The notes beneath the pieces were generated by a model, which saw only the letters and a program-made list of their open reading frames with translations, searched no databases and was not told the DNA's origin. A program made the translations under genes and the position numbers. A stretch of DNA of 64,000 bases from Roseisolibacter agri (GTDB lineage: Bacteria > Gemmatimonadota > Gemmatimonadetes > Gemmatimonadales > Gemmatimonadaceae), in the NCBI RefSeq assembly GCF_030159095.1, contig NZ_BRXS01000004.1, positions 179,673-243,672 on the forward strand, in the 5' to 3' direction. Position 1 is the first letter of the stretch. The number at the start of each line of letters is the position of its first letter. Positions 61,531 to 64,000 of this stretch are shown piece after piece.

Positions 61531-62892
61531 GACGGCACCCCGCCGAGATCGGGCACGCCAGCCGGGATCTCGTCCACGCGCGGCCCGGCCGGCGATGCGT
61601 CCCGCGTGCTCGCGAGCAGCGTCGCGAGGTCGGCGGACGGATCGCGATAGCGCTCCGTCTTGTCCCACTGGATGGGCCCGTGCCGCCGACGCCACGAGCC
61701 GCGCGAGAACGTCGCACGCAGCGACGCCGCGAAGCTGACGAGGAAGCCCATGAACAGCAGTGGCAGCAGGCGCACGCGATGGCGCGAGCCGTCGAGTCGC
61801 ACCGCGGCCGCCACCTCGAAGAAGGCGGCGAAGTTGCCGATGGTGTTGAACGACGAGACGACGAGGAACGCGAGCGGCAGGTAGCCCGGCGGATGGCCGG
61901 CGTAGAAGAGCAGCAGCGTGCACACCCAGCCGAGCAGCATCACGACGGGCACGAGGTACACGCCGAGCAGCAGCAGGCCATCGACGACCGTCCACCACGG
62001 CAGGCGGCTCGGATTGCGCAGCAGGCGACCCGCGTAGCGCGCGAAGGCCTGCGTGTGCCCACTCGCCCAGCGGCGGATCTGCCGCTCGCGCGCCGGCCAC
62101 GACTCGGGCACCTCCTCGTAGCACTCCGAGCGGTTCTGGTAGACGACGCTCCACCCTTCGAGCACGAGGCGCAGCGTCATGTCCGTGTCCTCGGCCAGCG
62201 TGTCGGTGCGCCATCCGCCGACCTGTCGCAGGGCGGCCACGCGCACGCCGCCGACCGTACCGCCGTACTGCGGCACCAGGCCGAGGTTCATGCGTGCCTG
62301 CTGGTCCACCTGGTAGCCCGCGGAGCGCTCCAGGTCGAGAAGCCGTGGCAGCAGCGCGTCGCCGACGTTGAGCGGCACCACGCGCCCCATCACCGCGCCC
62401 ACCTCGGGATCGAGGAAGGGCGCGGCGAGCTGCCGCAGCAGGCGCGGGCCGGGCACGTAGTCCGCGTCGAAGACGATGTGCACGTCGCCGCCGGCCTCGC
62501 GGCTGACCTCCTCCAGCCCGGCGGCCTTCCCGGGCATGCTGCCGGTCGTGCGCCGCCGCGGCAGCACGCGCCCCGGAAAGCGCGCGGCGTAGTCCTCGAG
62601 GATCGGCCACGTGCCGTCCGTCGACCGATCGTCGATCGGCACGACGACGAAGCGATCGGCCGGGTACTCCGAGGCGAGCAGCGCGTCGAGCGCGTGCCCG
62701 ATGACGCGCTCCTCGTTGTGCGCCGGGACCAGCACCGTGAGCACGGGCCAGTCCGCGAACGCGATGTCGATGTACGGCTGCCGGTGGCGGCCGAAGAGAC
62801 GATTGAGCGTGAAGAGGTAGTGCCGCACGGTGTAGACCGCGAGCACCATGAGGCAGACGAACAGCCCGAACGACGCCGCGCGGACGATCACG
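61527..62892 (-). CDS. processive family-2 glycosyltransferase (PgaC/NodC/cellulose-synthase-like)
   Basis: 3' part of table ORF 61527..63428, from GTG at 62892 (or ATG 62850): TM, ...VLVPAHNEERVI..., DDRSTDGT, VFDADY (DxD), ...QIRRWASGH (QxxRW), C-terminal TM bundle. Confidence 0.8.
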
Positions 62893-63655
62893 GCTGCACC
62901 TGCCGCCCGAGCAGGACCCGTCCGCCGCGCGGACCGCGGCGCCGCTCGGCGCTCGAGAGCCAGCTCATGCCCCACCCGTAGAGCGCGACGAACACCGTCA
63001 CGTCGAGCAGCAGCCCGAACGCGATGAAGAGCAGCGGCAGCATCACCAGCGACGCACGCGCCGCGATGTAGACGTGCAGCATCAGCTGCAACGGGAGCAG
63101 CACCGCCAGATGCGCGAGCAGCAGCACCGAGAGCAGCAGCTTCTCCACCAGCGGCACGCCGAAGATGAAGAACGTCAGACCGAGGAGGAACGGCGCGACG
63201 GTCAGCACCACCAGGCCGCAGAGCAGGAAGTCGGTGGCGTACTGCGCGAGCGGATACGGGAACGGACGCGTGCCGAGCAGGAAGAACGTGACCGACGTGG
63301 CGTGGAGGATGGCGAGCGCGCGCAGCAGCAACGCGGCAGGATAGAGGCGGCGCGGCAGCGCGAACGACATCAGCGCGATGCCGACGACGAGCCCCGCGTG
63401 CCCCAGCAGCTGCATTCGCGTGGGCCACGCGGCCTCGATCGTGAACTGCGGCAGCGCGACGGTGAGCCCGCCGAACAGTGTGACGACGCTCGTCTCCACC
63501 TGGCCGGGCAGGCCCAGCGCGCGCGTGCCGAAGCGGAAGAAGTCCTGCCAGAGCGCGAGCAGCTCCGGGAAGAGGAGCAGCACCGCGCCCGCGACGAGGG
63601 CGGGCACCAGCAGCAGCTCGAACGCGATGGTGGGCGTGAGCCGCAGCCGGATCAT
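62888..63655 (-). CDS. polytopic membrane protein of unknown function (about 7-8 TM), translationally coupled to GT2
   Basis: Table ORF 62888..63916; plausible start MIRLRLTPTIAFELLLVPALVAG at 63655. Stop overlaps GT2 start (GTGA). Single Cys in ...FLLCGLVVL... Confidence 0.55.
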   Translation of the reverse strand: MIRLRLTPTIAFELLLVPALVAGAVLLLFPELLALWQDFFRFGTRALGLPGQVETSVVTLFGGLTVALPQFTIEAAWPTRMQLLGHAGLVVGIALMSFALPRRLYPAALLLRALAILHATSVTFFLLGTRPFPYPLAQYATDFLLCGLVVLTVAPFLLGLTFFIFGVPLVEKLLLSVLLLAHLAVLLPLQLMLHVYIAARASLVMLPLLFIAFGLLLDVTVFVALYGWGMSWLSSAERRRGPRGGRVLLGRQVQP

Positions 63656-63755
63656 CGCGCGGTGCTGCGGGATCAGCCCGCCGCGAACGCCCCGGCGGCG
63701 CAGATCGTCGACGAGCTGGGCACGGCGCGCGTCGCGCGGCGGCGCGAGCGCCGCC

Positions 63756-64000
63756 TCACCAGAAGCGGAGCGCGCCGACACGGACACCGGTCCTCGTGTA
63801 GTACGGATTGTGGTACGACTCGGCCTGCAGCGACGCGCCCCACGCCTCCGACGCGCGGTGGCGGAGGCCGGCGGCGACGAGCGTGCTCCCGAAGTCGCGC
63901 GCGACCGGCGACGCACCGGCCAGCAGCTGGTACGCCTCGGTGCCGACGTCGGCGCGCAGCGTCAGCGCCTGACGACCGCCGTTGAGCAGCCGCGTCAGCG
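63756..64000 (-). CDS. C-terminal fragment of a probable outer-membrane beta-barrel protein (gene runs off window end)
   Basis: Manual minus-strand translation in the frame absent from the track: ...QALTLRADVGTEAYQLLAGASPVARDFGSTLVAAGLRHRASEAWGASLQAESYHNPYYTRTGVRVGALRFW* with alternating hydrophobic pattern and C-terminal aromatic; stop at 63758-63756. Confidence 0.5.
   Translation of the reverse strand, partial: LTRLLNGGRQALTLRADVGTEAYQLLAGASPVARDFGSTLVAAGLRHRASEAWGASLQAESYHNPYYTRTGVRVGALRFW

Noticed and set aside
60251-62981. ORFs 60251..61285(-), 61003..61650(+), 61491..62981(+) and the 5' part of 60427..62610(-)
   Set aside because: Off-frame relative to the GT2 and bactofilin-like genes; low-complexity products.

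Overview
This is a very GC-rich (about 70% or higher by eye), densely coding bacterial chromosomal segment; no integrase, transposase or CRISPR array is visible. The second half carries the widely conserved backbone tRNA-Thr/Tyr/Gly/Thr, tuf, rpmG, secE, nusG, rplK, rplA, rplJ, rplL, rpoB, rpoC, rpsL, rpsG. That backbone is interrupted three times by lineage-specific DNA. First, a 3.9 kb islet between tRNA-Gly and the second tRNA-Thr carries a PEP-CTERM protein, a stand-alone FeoA-like gene and a TPR-GGDEF diguanylate cyclase. Second, a PEP-CTERM gene sits between rpoC and rpsL. Third, fusA is missing after rpsG and is replaced by a convergent, translationally coupled locus of OMP (partial), polytopic membrane protein, processive family-2 glycosyltransferase and a membrane-anchored bactofilin-like protein, which looks like an exopolysaccharide synthesis/export module. 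The first half has two Hanks-type Ser/Thr kinases, one with an N-terminal double zinc ribbon and Big_2 repeats, and an enoyl-CoA hydratase, recF, DUF721 (DciA-like), gyrB string without dnaA or dnaN. It also has a bacterial topoisomerase IB, mtnA, glpK and a UDG. It carries a System I cytochrome c maturation set, ccmE, ccmF, ccmH and a CcmI-like gene; its CcmE has the CxxxY heme-binding motif and no ccmABCD is nearby. Also present are cutA, uvrA and sdaAB/sdaAA split by a GT2 gene. A membrane-organisation cluster has NfeD and flotillin divergent from YbjN, PspA and an AI-2E transporter. A DUF1611 gene, a degenerate ABC-ATPase-like ORF and cysS follow. Four PEP-CTERM proteins occur in 64 kb, with no clear exosortase in the window. 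A MITE-like element with nested inverted repeats and tandem heptamer termini (AGTCCGC/GCGGACT) lies between TopIB and mtnA, and a related hairpin sits in the nusG-rplK spacer. The ORF track omits genes that run off the window edges (the 5' kinase and a 3' OMP-like C-terminus). Many of its longest ORFs are off-frame shadows typical of GC-rich DNA. It also renders GTG starts as M.
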